Origin: Spirochaetaceae bacterium
GTDB taxonomy: Bacteria > Spirochaetota > Spirochaetia > DSM-27196 > SKKC01
Assembly: GCA_046542845.1 (NCBI GenBank)
Contig: JBKHAN010000011.1
Coordinates: 2,537 to 66,536, forward strand
Direction of reading: 5' to 3'
Length of the DNA: 64,000 nt
The notes beneath the pieces are model-generated. The model saw nothing but the letters and a program-made list of their open reading frames with translations, was not told the DNA's origin and ran no database searches. Positions 28,573-37,679 of this stretch are shown in pieces. Every line of letters begins with the position of its first letter. The first letter of the stretch is position 1. Made by a program: the position numbers and the translations under genes.

Positions 28573-30327
28573 TCAGGCGTCGCTCGCGACCGTGTCTACG
28601 GAAATTCCGTGCATGCGGGCGAGCTCGTCAGCCCCCGCGGCGAATGCGCGGGAGGCTTCGCGATACCTGAAGCCGGTTATGATGCCGAGACCGCTGAACA
28701 ACGCATCGTGAAGCGCGTTACTGAACAGCGTGAGGTAGGCTCTGCGTTCGACGGAACCCGTGGCGTTCCGGATCAGTAAGGACGATGCGTTGAGCGCCTT
28801 CGCGAAGGACGCGACCTGACGCGTCAGAACCGGGTACAGCGTCCGCAGAAGATCAACGTACACGCTGCGGTAAGCGTTGTCTCCTGCGACCAGATAGGAA
28901 ATCTGTACGAAACGATCCCGCTCCTGCACCTTCTTTCGCGACGACCCGCCTGACCCTGCGCTGCGTTCACGCAGCGGTATGGAATCCCTGACCCGTGCGG
29001 CTACCGCATCGTTCTTCAGAATCTTGTACATGGAAAGATAAAACAGCATGACCTGAGCATTCCGGAGCTCGGCAGCTGCGGTCATCCCGGCGCATGAGCC
29101 AAGAAGCGTTCGCGCTGCACCTTCGGCCTGCGTGAGCGTTCGCTCGAGATTCTCCCTCGAGACCGTAGCGAAACCGCGGGCGTGTGCGCTCTGGGCTTCA
29201 ACGGCCGCCTCGATGTGACGGACAGCCTGTCGGGCCGTCTGCCACAGGGAGTCAGCTCTGACGGTCTCGATTGCTGTACGGACATCCGCGCGCTTCTCGA
29301 GCCCAAGAAGCGAAAACTCGGGGTATTCACGCACGATGCGCGACAACCCCGCGACCCGTGCTCCCACATGGGAGCCAAGGGTATCCACGGCCAGAAGCTC
29401 GACTTCGGTTACCAGTTCATCGATATCCTCGCTCAGAGCGTGCGGACGACCGAGCACTGCCCGGGTGAAGCGCCCGAGCGCCTGGCTCATCGCAGAGGAC
29501 GCGAGCAGACGTCCCGCAATTTCGTCTGAAAGCTGCATGGCGAGCGAATACAGACTGCGCAGCATGATCGTCAGCGCGTCGGGGAGGCCCGTTTGCAGCA
29601 TGTTCAGCGCGGGGTCCTCGGGGACAAAGGCAATGTCGCTGATGCGCGCACGCTCACTCGCCGAAATCCTGAGATCTTCGGTTGTGTTGCGGTTGTAGTT
29701 GGCGACAAGATCCCGAGGATTAAAGCCGTCGGGCCCCTGCAGCCGAAAGCGGTTGTGCCATATATGTACATCTCGCGTCGGCTTTCGATGCAACACTTCA
29801 CGAAGATACCCGCCACCGGAGGCGTGTGCGGTCGGTTCGGGGTTGGTGACCAGCAGTACCGAGTCGGCAAGGTCAAGGAATCGGATGTTGGTCGCCTCCT
29901 CGACACCCGCCGGCAGGTCCAGGATAATGACCCGATATTCCTTGCGAAGCGCATGGCCCTGCTTCCCGGACAGCAGCGAAAACAGAGCATCGGAGTCCTC
30001 GACACCACGCTTCGCCTGATGGAACAGGATGTCCAGCCGGTCGAAGGGGCTGATCCGGTAGTCGTTCAGGTCAGCGTCGGCGCGCACCTCGCGTGTTTCC
30101 AGGCTGTGCTCGGGGCGGCTGAGGTCGAGAAAGGCCGTTACGTCGGACAGTGGATCGAGATCGACCAGTACGGTCGATACACCGTGACGCGCGTAATACA
30201 GGGCCAGATTTACCGCAGTTGTGGTCTTTCCCACCCCGCCCTTTCCGGACGTGATCGCGATACAACAGCCTGTTTCATGGGTCCTGCGGTCCTTGTTCGA
30301 AGCTTCCACAGTGTGCGAGCATAGCAT
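28573..30327 (-). CDS. ParA/MinD-family P-loop ATPase with a ~330-aa uncharacterised, helix-rich C-terminal extension
   Basis: The deviant Walker A reads IAITSGKGGVGKTTTAVNLA, followed by LVDLDP and a Walker B-like VIILDLPAG. ORF 28573..30567 is trimmed to ATG 30327, because the longer form overlaps the divergent gene. I recognise no family in the C-terminal half. Confidence 0.8.
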   Translation of the reverse strand: MLCSHTVEASNKDRRTHETGCCIAITSGKGGVGKTTTAVNLALYYARHGVSTVLVDLDPLSDVTAFLDLSRPEHSLETREVRADADLNDYRISPFDRLDILFHQAKRGVEDSDALFSLLSGKQGHALRKEYRVIILDLPAGVEEATNIRFLDLADSVLLVTNPEPTAHASGGGYLREVLHRKPTRDVHIWHNRFRLQGPDGFNPRDLVANYNRNTTEDLRISASERARISDIAFVPEDPALNMLQTGLPDALTIMLRSLYSLAMQLSDEIAGRLLASSAMSQALGRFTRAVLGRPHALSEDIDELVTEVELLAVDTLGSHVGARVAGLSRIVREYPEFSLLGLEKRADVRTAIETVRADSLWQTARQAVRHIEAAVEAQSAHARGFATVSRENLERTLTQAEGAARTLLGSCAGMTAAAELRNAQVMLFYLSMYKILKNDAVAARVRDSIPLRERSAGSGGSSRKKVQERDRFVQISYLVAGDNAYRSVYVDLLRTLYPVLTRQVASFAKALNASSLLIRNATGSVERRAYLTLFSNALHDALFSGLGIITGFRYREASRAFAAGADELARMHGISVDTVASDA

Positions 30328-30357
30328 GCGGACCCCGACTCTGCTATAGTGCAGACG

Positions 30358-31071
30358 ATGAATGCGAAAACCATCATCTGCCTTCACGGCTACGGGGTAC
30401 GCAGTTTTTTCTGGGAACCGATCCTTCCGGAACTCCGCGATATGTTTCCCGATGTCATAACCCCCGACCTCCAGATGAAGACCATAGACACGCTGCTCGC
30501 AACGACCTGCACCGCGATACAGGAGAAAGCCAGACTCGACGGTGTTCCGCTGGTTCTCCTGGGGCACAGTCTCGGCGGAATCGTCGCCGCGCTCTGCGCG
30601 CAGGAACTCGGCCCGTCCATCGTAGGGAGCGTTATCATTATTGCGTCGCCCTACGGAACCCGTGAAACGGTCCCCGGACCGTTCGCGCGCTTTCTCCTGG
30701 CAACAGGGCTCATTCCCGACGCCCTCGTACGTCCGCGATTTTTTTCACCCGCGACACCTGTTGCCGATCAGAAGTATGTTTTCGCGCAAGCCGTACCGGA
30801 ATCATCGGCCATGCGACAGACGATACTCCAGCGGAAATGGTTCCACACCGACGCGTTTGGACAGCCGCTCCGTCAGCCGGCGCTCGTGATCGCCAGCACC
30901 GAAGACCGGATTGTTCCGTCGGCCGAGAGCCGGCAGTTCGCCGAGGTACTCGGGGCCACGTACACGGAGTTTGACGCCCGCCATAACGTCGGACACGACG
31001 ATTTTGTGTGGGCTCCGGATATCGCCGCCCAGGTCATGCAGCACATACAGAGCTTTCTCGGGGTCCGATAG
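30358..31071 (+). CDS. Alpha/beta hydrolase
   Basis: ICLHGYG and the GHSLGG elbow are present. Start set at ATG 30358. TATAGT (30345..30350) lies 7 nt upstream and there is no SD. Confidence 0.8.
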   Translation: MNAKTIICLHGYGVRSFFWEPILPELRDMFPDVITPDLQMKTIDTLLATTCTAIQEKARLDGVPLVLLGHSLGGIVAALCAQELGPSIVGSVIIIASPYGTRETVPGPFARFLLATGLIPDALVRPRFFSPATPVADQKYVFAQAVPESSAMRQTILQRKWFHTDAFGQPLRQPALVIASTEDRIVPSAESRQFAEVLGATYTEFDARHNVGHDDFVWAPDIAAQVMQHIQSFLGVR

Positions 31072-31074
31072 TAC

Positions 31075-31470
31075 ATGCGACTCTCATCACACACGCAACT
31101 GGCACGCCTTACCCTTCCCCGCACCCTGAAGATCTGCCTTGCTGTCGCGGGAAGCACGGAGCTTGCGGCGGCAATGGTTCTGGTCAGCCATCCCGCCTCC
31201 GCCTACGGTTTACGATTGTTCGCGGGGATGCTTGGAGCGCTCGGGATTCACAGCCTTGTCTCGCTGCATCAGACGCCGTACAGCATGCGAACGCTGCTGA
31301 ATCTGCGTATCCTGACCGCGTGTGCCGTATGCCTCGCGACCGGGGTAGAGGTCGTGCTTCGCTGGCGGGGCGTGAACGGCATTCTGATGGCGGGGCTCAG
31401 CGCATACGGGGCGGTGAGCATTCCCCTGTGGCTCTACTGGCGGGTGCGGGTGGGGCGATTGCCCCAGTGA
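31075..31470 (+). CDS. Hypothetical small membrane protein
   Basis: 131-aa ORF that fills the gap after the hydrolase gene. It has about 4 hydrophobic spans. Other long ORFs here are Arg-rich shadows of the lipase gene. Confidence 0.45.
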   Translation: MRLSSHTQLARLTLPRTLKICLAVAGSTELAAAMVLVSHPASAYGLRLFAGMLGALGIHSLVSLHQTPYSMRTLLNLRILTACAVCLATGVEVVLRWRGVNGILMAGLSAYGAVSIPLWLYWRVRVGRLPQ

Positions 31471-32399
31471 CCCTGCGAACCGAGCCAGGCCGAGATCGTT
31501 CGAAAAACATCGGTCCTGTCGAACTCTTTCAGTATTTCGTGCCGATCGTCGGGAAAGATGCTGACCGTGACGGTGCAGGCGGTATGTCGGCGAAGCAGGG
31601 CGGCCACCCGGTTCACCCCGGCGCCGAAGAGCCCAACCGGGTCCCTGCCCCCCGACACAAGCAGCACGGAAACCGAGTCGTGGACGGTACGCAGTCGTCG
31701 GGGGGAGTTCACCTCGATGAGGCCACCAATCATGTCCCGAAAAAACGCCCGGCAGGGCACAAATCCGCACGCCGGGTCGGCTACGTACGCGTCGACTTCG
31801 TCCTCGTCGCGGCTCAGCCAGTCGTACGACGTGCGGTTCGGCGCAAATGCGCGGTTGAAACCGCTCGATGTCAGTGCAGAAAGCAGGGGGCTGCGGACCC
31901 CCGCCCCGCGACCCATAGACAGCAGCCGGGCGAGCATCCGGCCTGTACGCCCCGCGATACCAGGGTGCGGCGCCGTTCCGCACAACACATATCCGGCGTA
32001 CCTCCCCGCATCGCGGATCATGCAGCTCCGAGCGACAAAACTGCCCATGCTGTGTCCGAACAGGAATACCGGGACGCGGGGATACCGTTCGTGTATCCAG
32101 TCGCGAACACGAAACGCATCGTTCACAACCGCGTCCCATCCGTCTCGGGCGGCAAAGAACCCCGTCCGTGACTCTTCCGGTTCCGCGCGACCGTGGCCCC
32201 GATGATCGTGGGCGACGACCGCGTAGCCCGCTTCGGAGAGGAACGCGGCGAACTCGTGATACCGGTCCTTATGTTCAGCCATTCCGTGCAGGATCTGGAC
32301 GACTCCGCGAGGCTCCTCACGGTTTGTCGGAAGCACCCACCCCTGCCTCACCACGCCATCGACCGGAGAAGACACGCTAAACATCTCGAGACCCATCAT
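31434..32399 (-). CDS. Lysophospholipase / monoacylglycerol-lipase-like alpha/beta hydrolase
   Basis: ILHGMAEHKDRY, HDHRGHGRA and the GHSMGSFVA elbow are present. Start trimmed to the ATG pair 32399/32396, with GAGGGG upstream. Confidence 0.85.
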   Translation of the reverse strand: MMGLEMFSVSSPVDGVVRQGWVLPTNREEPRGVVQILHGMAEHKDRYHEFAAFLSEAGYAVVAHDHRGHGRAEPEESRTGFFAARDGWDAVVNDAFRVRDWIHERYPRVPVFLFGHSMGSFVARSCMIRDAGRYAGYVLCGTAPHPGIAGRTGRMLARLLSMGRGAGVRSPLLSALTSSGFNRAFAPNRTSYDWLSRDEDEVDAYVADPACGFVPCRAFFRDMIGGLIEVNSPRRLRTVHDSVSVLLVSGGRDPVGLFGAGVNRVAALLRRHTACTVTVSIFPDDRHEILKEFDRTDVFRTISAWLGSQGHWGNRPTRTRQ

Positions 32400-32442
32400 T
32401 CGCCCCTCGCATTTCACGTACAATTGCTGCATTATACATCTC

Positions 32443-33528
32443 ATGATGCGAGCACACAATTTCTCCGCGGGTCCGGCGACACTGCCGGAGGACGTCCTGA
32501 TGCAGGCTGCTGCCGAACTCCCGGAATACCGGGGAACCGGTATGTCGCTCATTGAGTCGAGCCATCGAAGCAAGGCCTACGACGAAGTTCACACCCAGAC
32601 GCTTGAGCGCATAAAACGCATGCTCGGTATCGACGGTACTCACGAAGTACTCCTGCTCGGAGGCGGTGCGACCATGCAGTTCGGCATGGTTCCCATGAAC
32701 CTGCTGTCCGAAGGCTCGTTCTGCGATTTTACCGTCAGCGGTGCGTGGGCGGAGAAGGCTGCAGAGGACGCAGCGAAGATCGGCGAGACGAGAATCGTGT
32801 TCAACGGCAGTGATTCCGGATACACGCACCTTCCCAGTCCGTACGAGCTTGAGACGCACCCGGACGCGGCGTATCTGCACATCACGAGTAACGAGACCAT
32901 TAACGGCCTGCAATGGCACGACTTTCCCGATACGAACGGGGTGCCGATCGTCGCCGATATGTCGAGTGACATCATGAGCCGTCCGCTGCCCATGGAAAAG
33001 TTCGGCCTGGTATACGCAGGTGCGCAGAAAAACCTCGGCCCGGCGGGGGTAACGGTGGTCATTATCCGCAACGACCTCCTCCAGCGGTGCAACGCGGATC
33101 TCCCTGCGTATTTGAGGTACCCCGTGCACGCCACAAAACAGAGCCTGTATAACACCCCCCCGGTATTCGCAATCTACCTCATGAACCTCGTCCTTGAGTG
33201 GGTGGAATCACAGGGCGGTGTCGAAGCAATGCAGGACGCGAGTCGCGTCAAATCCGATCTGATCTACTCGATCATAGATGAGTCGGACGGGTTCTACCGC
33301 TGCCCGGTGGAAGCTCCCGGTCGCAGCCGTATGAACGTCGTGTTCAACCTCGAAACCCCCGAGCTCGAAGCCGCCTTTGTGAAGAAATCCGGCGAAGCAG
33401 GCATGGTAGGTCTCAAGGGCCATCGCAGCGTCGGGGGCATACGTGCAAGCCTGTACAACGCTCTGCCCATGGCTGCTGTGAGCGACCTTGCCGGGTTCAT
33501 GAGAGGTTTTGCCGCAGAGAACGGTTAG
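32443..33528 (+). CDS. serC: Phosphoserine aminotransferase
   Basis: NFSAGPATLP and GAQKNLGPAG (PLP lysine) are present. Length is 361 aa. Confidence 0.95.
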   Translation: MMRAHNFSAGPATLPEDVLMQAAAELPEYRGTGMSLIESSHRSKAYDEVHTQTLERIKRMLGIDGTHEVLLLGGGATMQFGMVPMNLLSEGSFCDFTVSGAWAEKAAEDAAKIGETRIVFNGSDSGYTHLPSPYELETHPDAAYLHITSNETINGLQWHDFPDTNGVPIVADMSSDIMSRPLPMEKFGLVYAGAQKNLGPAGVTVVIIRNDLLQRCNADLPAYLRYPVHATKQSLYNTPPVFAIYLMNLVLEWVESQGGVEAMQDASRVKSDLIYSIIDESDGFYRCPVEAPGRSRMNVVFNLETPELEAAFVKKSGEAGMVGLKGHRSVGGIRASLYNALPMAAVSDLAGFMRGFAAENG

Positions 33529-33558
33529 AGAACCGCCGTCGCGCGCTGTGCCGGCGAT

Positions 33559-33963
33559 CTAAAACTGGAACGGGTGCGGCAGGAGATCGGGCATCGTATA
33601 GGTTTCACGCACCTCGTCGAGATTCGCGATCAGGACCTCGGTACGGGGTGAGGAGAACTGAGCGAGGACCTGCAGGCAGATTGCACAGGGCACCGCCAGC
33701 GGATCTGCGTCGGTCACGACAAGCACGAAATCAAGCTCGGCGTGTCCCATGTCGGCGACCATGGACATGACGGCGCCCCGCTCGGCACATATCGTTGCGC
33801 CGTAGCTCGCGTTCTCCACGTTGCAACCTCCGTAGATCTGCTCATGCCCACGTGCCTTGATCGCGGCGCCGACCCGGAATCCGGAATACGGCGCATACGC
33901 TCGTTCTCTCGCCTGCCTCGCTATCTCCAGTGCGTGTTCAATCGTATGAGTCCGGTCGTTCAT
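33559..33963 (-). CDS. cdd: Cytidine deaminase
   Basis: CAERGA and PCAICLQ zinc-ligand motifs are present. Start trimmed to ATG 33963. Confidence 0.9.
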   Translation of the reverse strand: MNDRTHTIEHALEIARQARERAYAPYSGFRVGAAIKARGHEQIYGGCNVENASYGATICAERGAVMSMVADMGHAELDFVLVVTDADPLAVPCAICLQVLAQFSSPRTEVLIANLDEVRETYTMPDLLPHPFQF

Positions 33964-34032
33964 GATGTCCCTCTCGTGCAAGATTACACGGCTTCCCGTA
34001 TACTGAAAAGGACACACGGAGTTATAGCACGC

Positions 34033-35361
34033 ATGGGTATCAGAACATTCTTTTCGCCTGAGCGGGTCGTGTTTCTACGGCCCGCAGACAAAAAATCTGC
34101 GATCGACACGCTCGTACGAACTGCATGCGAGTCTGCCGGCATACGGCATCCGAAACTCATAGCCGACCTGGTGTTCTCCAGGGAAGAAGAAATATCGACC
34201 CGGGTATCGGAGGGTGTTGCGATACCCCACGCGAAGCTGCCTCATTCAGACCGGACCGTTGGCTGTATCGGCATCTCGTCTGAGGGCGTGCAGTACGACG
34301 GGGGAACGGTACACGTGATTATACTGATGCTATGGGCGCATACGACCAATCTGCTGGTGCTGAGTGACCTGGGGAGGCTGCTGCGCAGGTCGGACGTCTA
34401 CGATTCCCTCCGAAAATCCCGGACAGCCGAGGAGGTGCTGCACGTCCTTTCTCACCCGCCGACACGCGTGGAGCACGAACCGGAAAAGAAGAGGATGGCG
34501 GCTGAGACCTTTCTACACGCGATTCGACTCGCCGAGGCGATACACGTTGACTCCGTGCTTCTATTCCCGGACGCAATGGGTTCGACAGACTTCTTTACGA
34601 CAGTTACCCGTCTCGCGAACGAGCGCCGCGAGTATGCAGGGCGGGTGCTGCTCCTGACAAGCGACCCCGACGCCTATGCGCAGAATACCATTGTCGACGA
34701 GATTATCGACCTGCCGGTAAAGTCGGTCAGCGATCACAGTATTACGACGACATCGCTTCTTTTTCTGCTCAGCAACGGCATACTGGAAAAAAATGAACGG
34801 GTGCTTACCCTGTTCGGCAAGCCCTCAAGCGGCTCGCTCGATACGATTCGCCTCACAGACCTGCAGCAGGAGTTCGGTTCGCTGTTCAGGCTTCCCAGCG
34901 GTGGCGTCGGCAGCGATATCGACGATCTCGTGTTCGCCCGGGTTCTGCAGCTTGCAACCGAGCTTGCGCAGGAAGGCCGCGAGGGCAAACCCGCAGGTGC
35001 CATTTTCGTCCTCGGCGACTACGGGACCGTGCAGGAGTACTGCCATCAGTTGCTGATCAACCCGTTTCGGGGAATCAGCGAGTCCGACCGGAATGTCCTT
35101 GATCCCGGGCTCGAGGAGACGGTCAAGGAGTTTTCCCGCATAGACGGGGCGTTTCTCATTGGCGGCGACGGCGTCATTCAGAGCGCGGGCACCTACCTGC
35201 GCGCCGACGTGGAAGTGGAAGATCTGCCTCAGGGGCTCGGTGCCAGACACACGGCAGCCGCAGCAATCACCGCAGTCAGTGCATCTGTCGCTATCGCAAT
35301 CAGTGAATCGACCAAGCGGATTTCAGTGTTTCGGGAGGGTCGACGCGTCATGAATGCCTGA
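34033..35361 (+). CDS. Diadenylate cyclase (DAC/DisA_N) domain protein with an N-terminal PTS EIIA type-2-like domain and a central pyruvate-kinase-C-terminal-like domain
   Basis: Start set at ATG 34033, because the upstream part of ORF 33742.. overlaps cdd. The EIIA-2 style motif is SEGVAIPHAKLP. The middle region reads VLLLTSDPD...VLTLFGKPSSGSLDTIRL. The C-terminus reads RIDGAFLIGGDG...GLGARHTAAAAIT...AISESTKRISVFREG, which carries the DGA and RHxxA motifs of DAC domains. Confidence 0.85.
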   Translation: MGIRTFFSPERVVFLRPADKKSAIDTLVRTACESAGIRHPKLIADLVFSREEEISTRVSEGVAIPHAKLPHSDRTVGCIGISSEGVQYDGGTVHVIILMLWAHTTNLLVLSDLGRLLRRSDVYDSLRKSRTAEEVLHVLSHPPTRVEHEPEKKRMAAETFLHAIRLAEAIHVDSVLLFPDAMGSTDFFTTVTRLANERREYAGRVLLLTSDPDAYAQNTIVDEIIDLPVKSVSDHSITTTSLLFLLSNGILEKNERVLTLFGKPSSGSLDTIRLTDLQQEFGSLFRLPSGGVGSDIDDLVFARVLQLATELAQEGREGKPAGAIFVLGDYGTVQEYCHQLLINPFRGISESDRNVLDPGLEETVKEFSRIDGAFLIGGDGVIQSAGTYLRADVEVEDLPQGLGARHTAAAAITAVSASVAIAISESTKRISVFREGRRVMNA

Positions 35362-35370
35362 GCGGCGTCC

Positions 35371-37641
35371 TCAGGGACCCGCGGGAGGCGGAGCATCGTA
35401 GAGTTGCAAGGCCTCCATTCTCGCGGCAGCGCGTCGTCGTTTCTGCTCACCGTACTGTTCAGGGCTAACCGGTTCGGGCCGTTCGTCGGTGGTCTTCTGA
35501 AGACCTCCGTTCACCCGCATGACAGCACCGGGGTTTCGGTCGAGAAAGTCGTGCACGTCGTCATACGTGATCGCAAAGACACGCGCCCTCGTCTCGCAGG
35601 TTACCGCACACGAACTATTCTGTCGGCGATGTAGCTCTCCCATGCTGCCGGCGAGCATTCCACGCTGCAGGCGGTCAACCGATCCGTTCCCATCATCGAC
35701 CTGGAGAATTCCATCTCGAATGAGAAATACCTCACCGACAGGCTGGTCCCGGCGTATGAGAACCGTTCCGGCCTCGTAATCGCGTGGCTGCAGGACGGAT
35801 TCGAGCCACATGCGCTGGTAATCGGTCAGGTGTGCGAACGGCAGACCCTCGGCAAGCAGATTCCACGTCTCTTCGCTCCGATTTCGAATCAGGCGTCTGA
35901 GGACCGCCTCAAACTCTGTCCCCGCGATAAAATTCAGGAACCTCGATCGCTCGATCGAGAGAACCTCGACGTCCGACTCCGCGATTACGTCGGCGGTTCG
36001 GTCGCTGTCCGTCATGAGCGCTACTTCGCCAAAATAGTCGTATGCACCGAGCATCTTGCTGCGTACAAGGTTATCGGCAAGGACTGCGGCGTTACCGTTC
36101 ATGACGATGTAAAAGTAATTACCGCGAGTCCCGCGGCGGATAATATAGTCGCCCGCGGCGAAGGTCTGCCTCTCGGCGATACCGAAAAACTGCTGTACCT
36201 TGGGTATGCTCATGTCGCGAGCGAAATCGAGCTGTTTCAGCACGTCGAGTACCCGATACGCCTCTTCGTACTGCGGTGGCGAGGTATCGAGATATCGCGT
36301 GTGCTCTATACCGAACGAAGCCCGGGTCAGAAGCGCATCAGCAGGAAAATCCTTTTCTGCAATGTGGAAGCAGGTAATCTTGCGCTGTACGTGTTCGGGC
36401 AGGCTCGCCAGGAAGGACACCGGAGTGTGCAGCGGGGCAATACCGGCTTCGTGATAGATCACATCCGCATCCCAGGGAAAACTTTTCAGCTGTTCGTAAC
36501 GACGCCGGTCTATCACACCGTCCTTGAGCATGGCATCGTGTATCGCGGGGTCATTCTGATGGTCGCTTGAGTAGACGAAGCTTTTGTCCTGGAAGGTCAG
36601 TCTGAACGCCATGGTCGGTATTGAGTGGACCGAGTAGTACACCTTGAACTCTCCGCCGTGGAGATAGAAACTCTGATCGGTGTATACGGGATTATAATCA
36701 AAGAGCGATTTCAGGAACTCCGGTTCCTCACCGGAAAACGCCGCGTACTTGCGCAGAAAGCTCTGCATGATCGTCGGAGTCGTGTACACCGTGACCCGAC
36801 CTTCCTGAAGGATTTTCTGAAAGGTACCCGCGTCGTGGTCCGCGTGGCAGTGGGTCAGGATGATGCTGTCGATAAACTTCGGATTGACGTTGGACTGCAG
36901 GAGCCATTCGGTGCAGTTAACCGGGGGATCCACCATAATGCCGCTGTGATTCAGCCAGATTATGAAGCCCGAGGTATTATCGTGAGGGTCAAAGCCGTGG
37001 CTCGGTCCAAGACAGGTGACGCCGAAGCGGGGCGGCACAAAGGGGTTGAGCAGGCGTTCGCCAATGTCGTAACGCGGGGTATATGAAACGTCCGCCGGAA
37101 CCGGCACCGAGTCCTGTCCGTCCCAGCTGAACAGGAATGCATCCGGGGTACTCTCTATGGTAACACCGTCGATCTCTACCACGTTGTTCCGGAAACAGAC
37201 TATGTCAAACAGATCGTCGAGGGTCAGCGGACCGCGAAAGAACGATAGTTCTTTTGAAATGTCGGGCACCCACGTGTCAGGGTCGTCCGAGAATGTGTCC
37301 ATGTGCAAGTCGAGCGTTTCGGGCCCGAATACCGACTCGCGTATTGCAACAGCGAGTCGCTGTCCCTGCTCCTCGGTGCAGCAGATCGCTATTTTCTGCT
37401 TGCGAATAAAGAAGTTGAAATAAATCGGAAACTCCATATCTCCGACGTTGATGCCTTTCTGCCAGTGAAACAGGTCATGCGGAAGAACGAAAATCCTCGG
37501 CACCGATTCGGGCGTTACGAGCGTGTCCTTGATGGTCTCCGGCGGTGCGCCGACCTGTATGCCACCGATCGGAGTGCGAATAATCCGTCCTCCTCGAGGA
37601 AGCTCTATGACCTGCCCCAGCCGTACCTCTGATCCACTCAT
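35371..37641 (-). CDS. MBL-fold metallohydrolase fused to two cyclic-nucleotide-binding (CAP-type) domains
   Basis: ILTHCHADHDAG is the HxHxDH motif. The first cNMP module reads YFGEVALMTDSDRTADVIA. The second reads GSMGELHRRQNSSCAVTC. About 230 aa at the N-terminus are unassigned. Confidence 0.85.
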   Translation of the reverse strand: MSGSEVRLGQVIELPRGGRIIRTPIGGIQVGAPPETIKDTLVTPESVPRIFVLPHDLFHWQKGINVGDMEFPIYFNFFIRKQKIAICCTEEQGQRLAVAIRESVFGPETLDLHMDTFSDDPDTWVPDISKELSFFRGPLTLDDLFDIVCFRNNVVEIDGVTIESTPDAFLFSWDGQDSVPVPADVSYTPRYDIGERLLNPFVPPRFGVTCLGPSHGFDPHDNTSGFIIWLNHSGIMVDPPVNCTEWLLQSNVNPKFIDSIILTHCHADHDAGTFQKILQEGRVTVYTTPTIMQSFLRKYAAFSGEEPEFLKSLFDYNPVYTDQSFYLHGGEFKVYYSVHSIPTMAFRLTFQDKSFVYSSDHQNDPAIHDAMLKDGVIDRRRYEQLKSFPWDADVIYHEAGIAPLHTPVSFLASLPEHVQRKITCFHIAEKDFPADALLTRASFGIEHTRYLDTSPPQYEEAYRVLDVLKQLDFARDMSIPKVQQFFGIAERQTFAAGDYIIRRGTRGNYFYIVMNGNAAVLADNLVRSKMLGAYDYFGEVALMTDSDRTADVIAESDVEVLSIERSRFLNFIAGTEFEAVLRRLIRNRSEETWNLLAEGLPFAHLTDYQRMWLESVLQPRDYEAGTVLIRRDQPVGEVFLIRDGILQVDDGNGSVDRLQRGMLAGSMGELHRRQNSSCAVTCETRARVFAITYDDVHDFLDRNPGAVMRVNGGLQKTTDERPEPVSPEQYGEQKRRRAAARMEALQLYDAPPPAGP

Positions 37642-37679
37642 CTGCCCCCCAACGCCCTGCTATATGAAATGTATACCGT

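Noticed and set aside
28573-30567. The full 664-aa version of the ParA-like ORF.
   Set aside because: The first 80 codons overlap the divergent hydrolase gene and its promoter. The P-loop begins about 20 aa after Met81, as is usual for ParA/MinD proteins.
31008-32205. ORFs of 387 aa (+), 309 aa (-) and 215 aa (+) overlapping the lipase gene.
   Set aside because: They are extremely Arg/Pro/Gly-rich alternative frames of the well-supported alpha/beta hydrolase at 31434..32399.
33742-34032. A 97-codon N-terminal extension of the EIIA-DAC ORF.
   Set aside because: It lies antisense over cdd. The EIIA-like domain begins right after ATG 34033.
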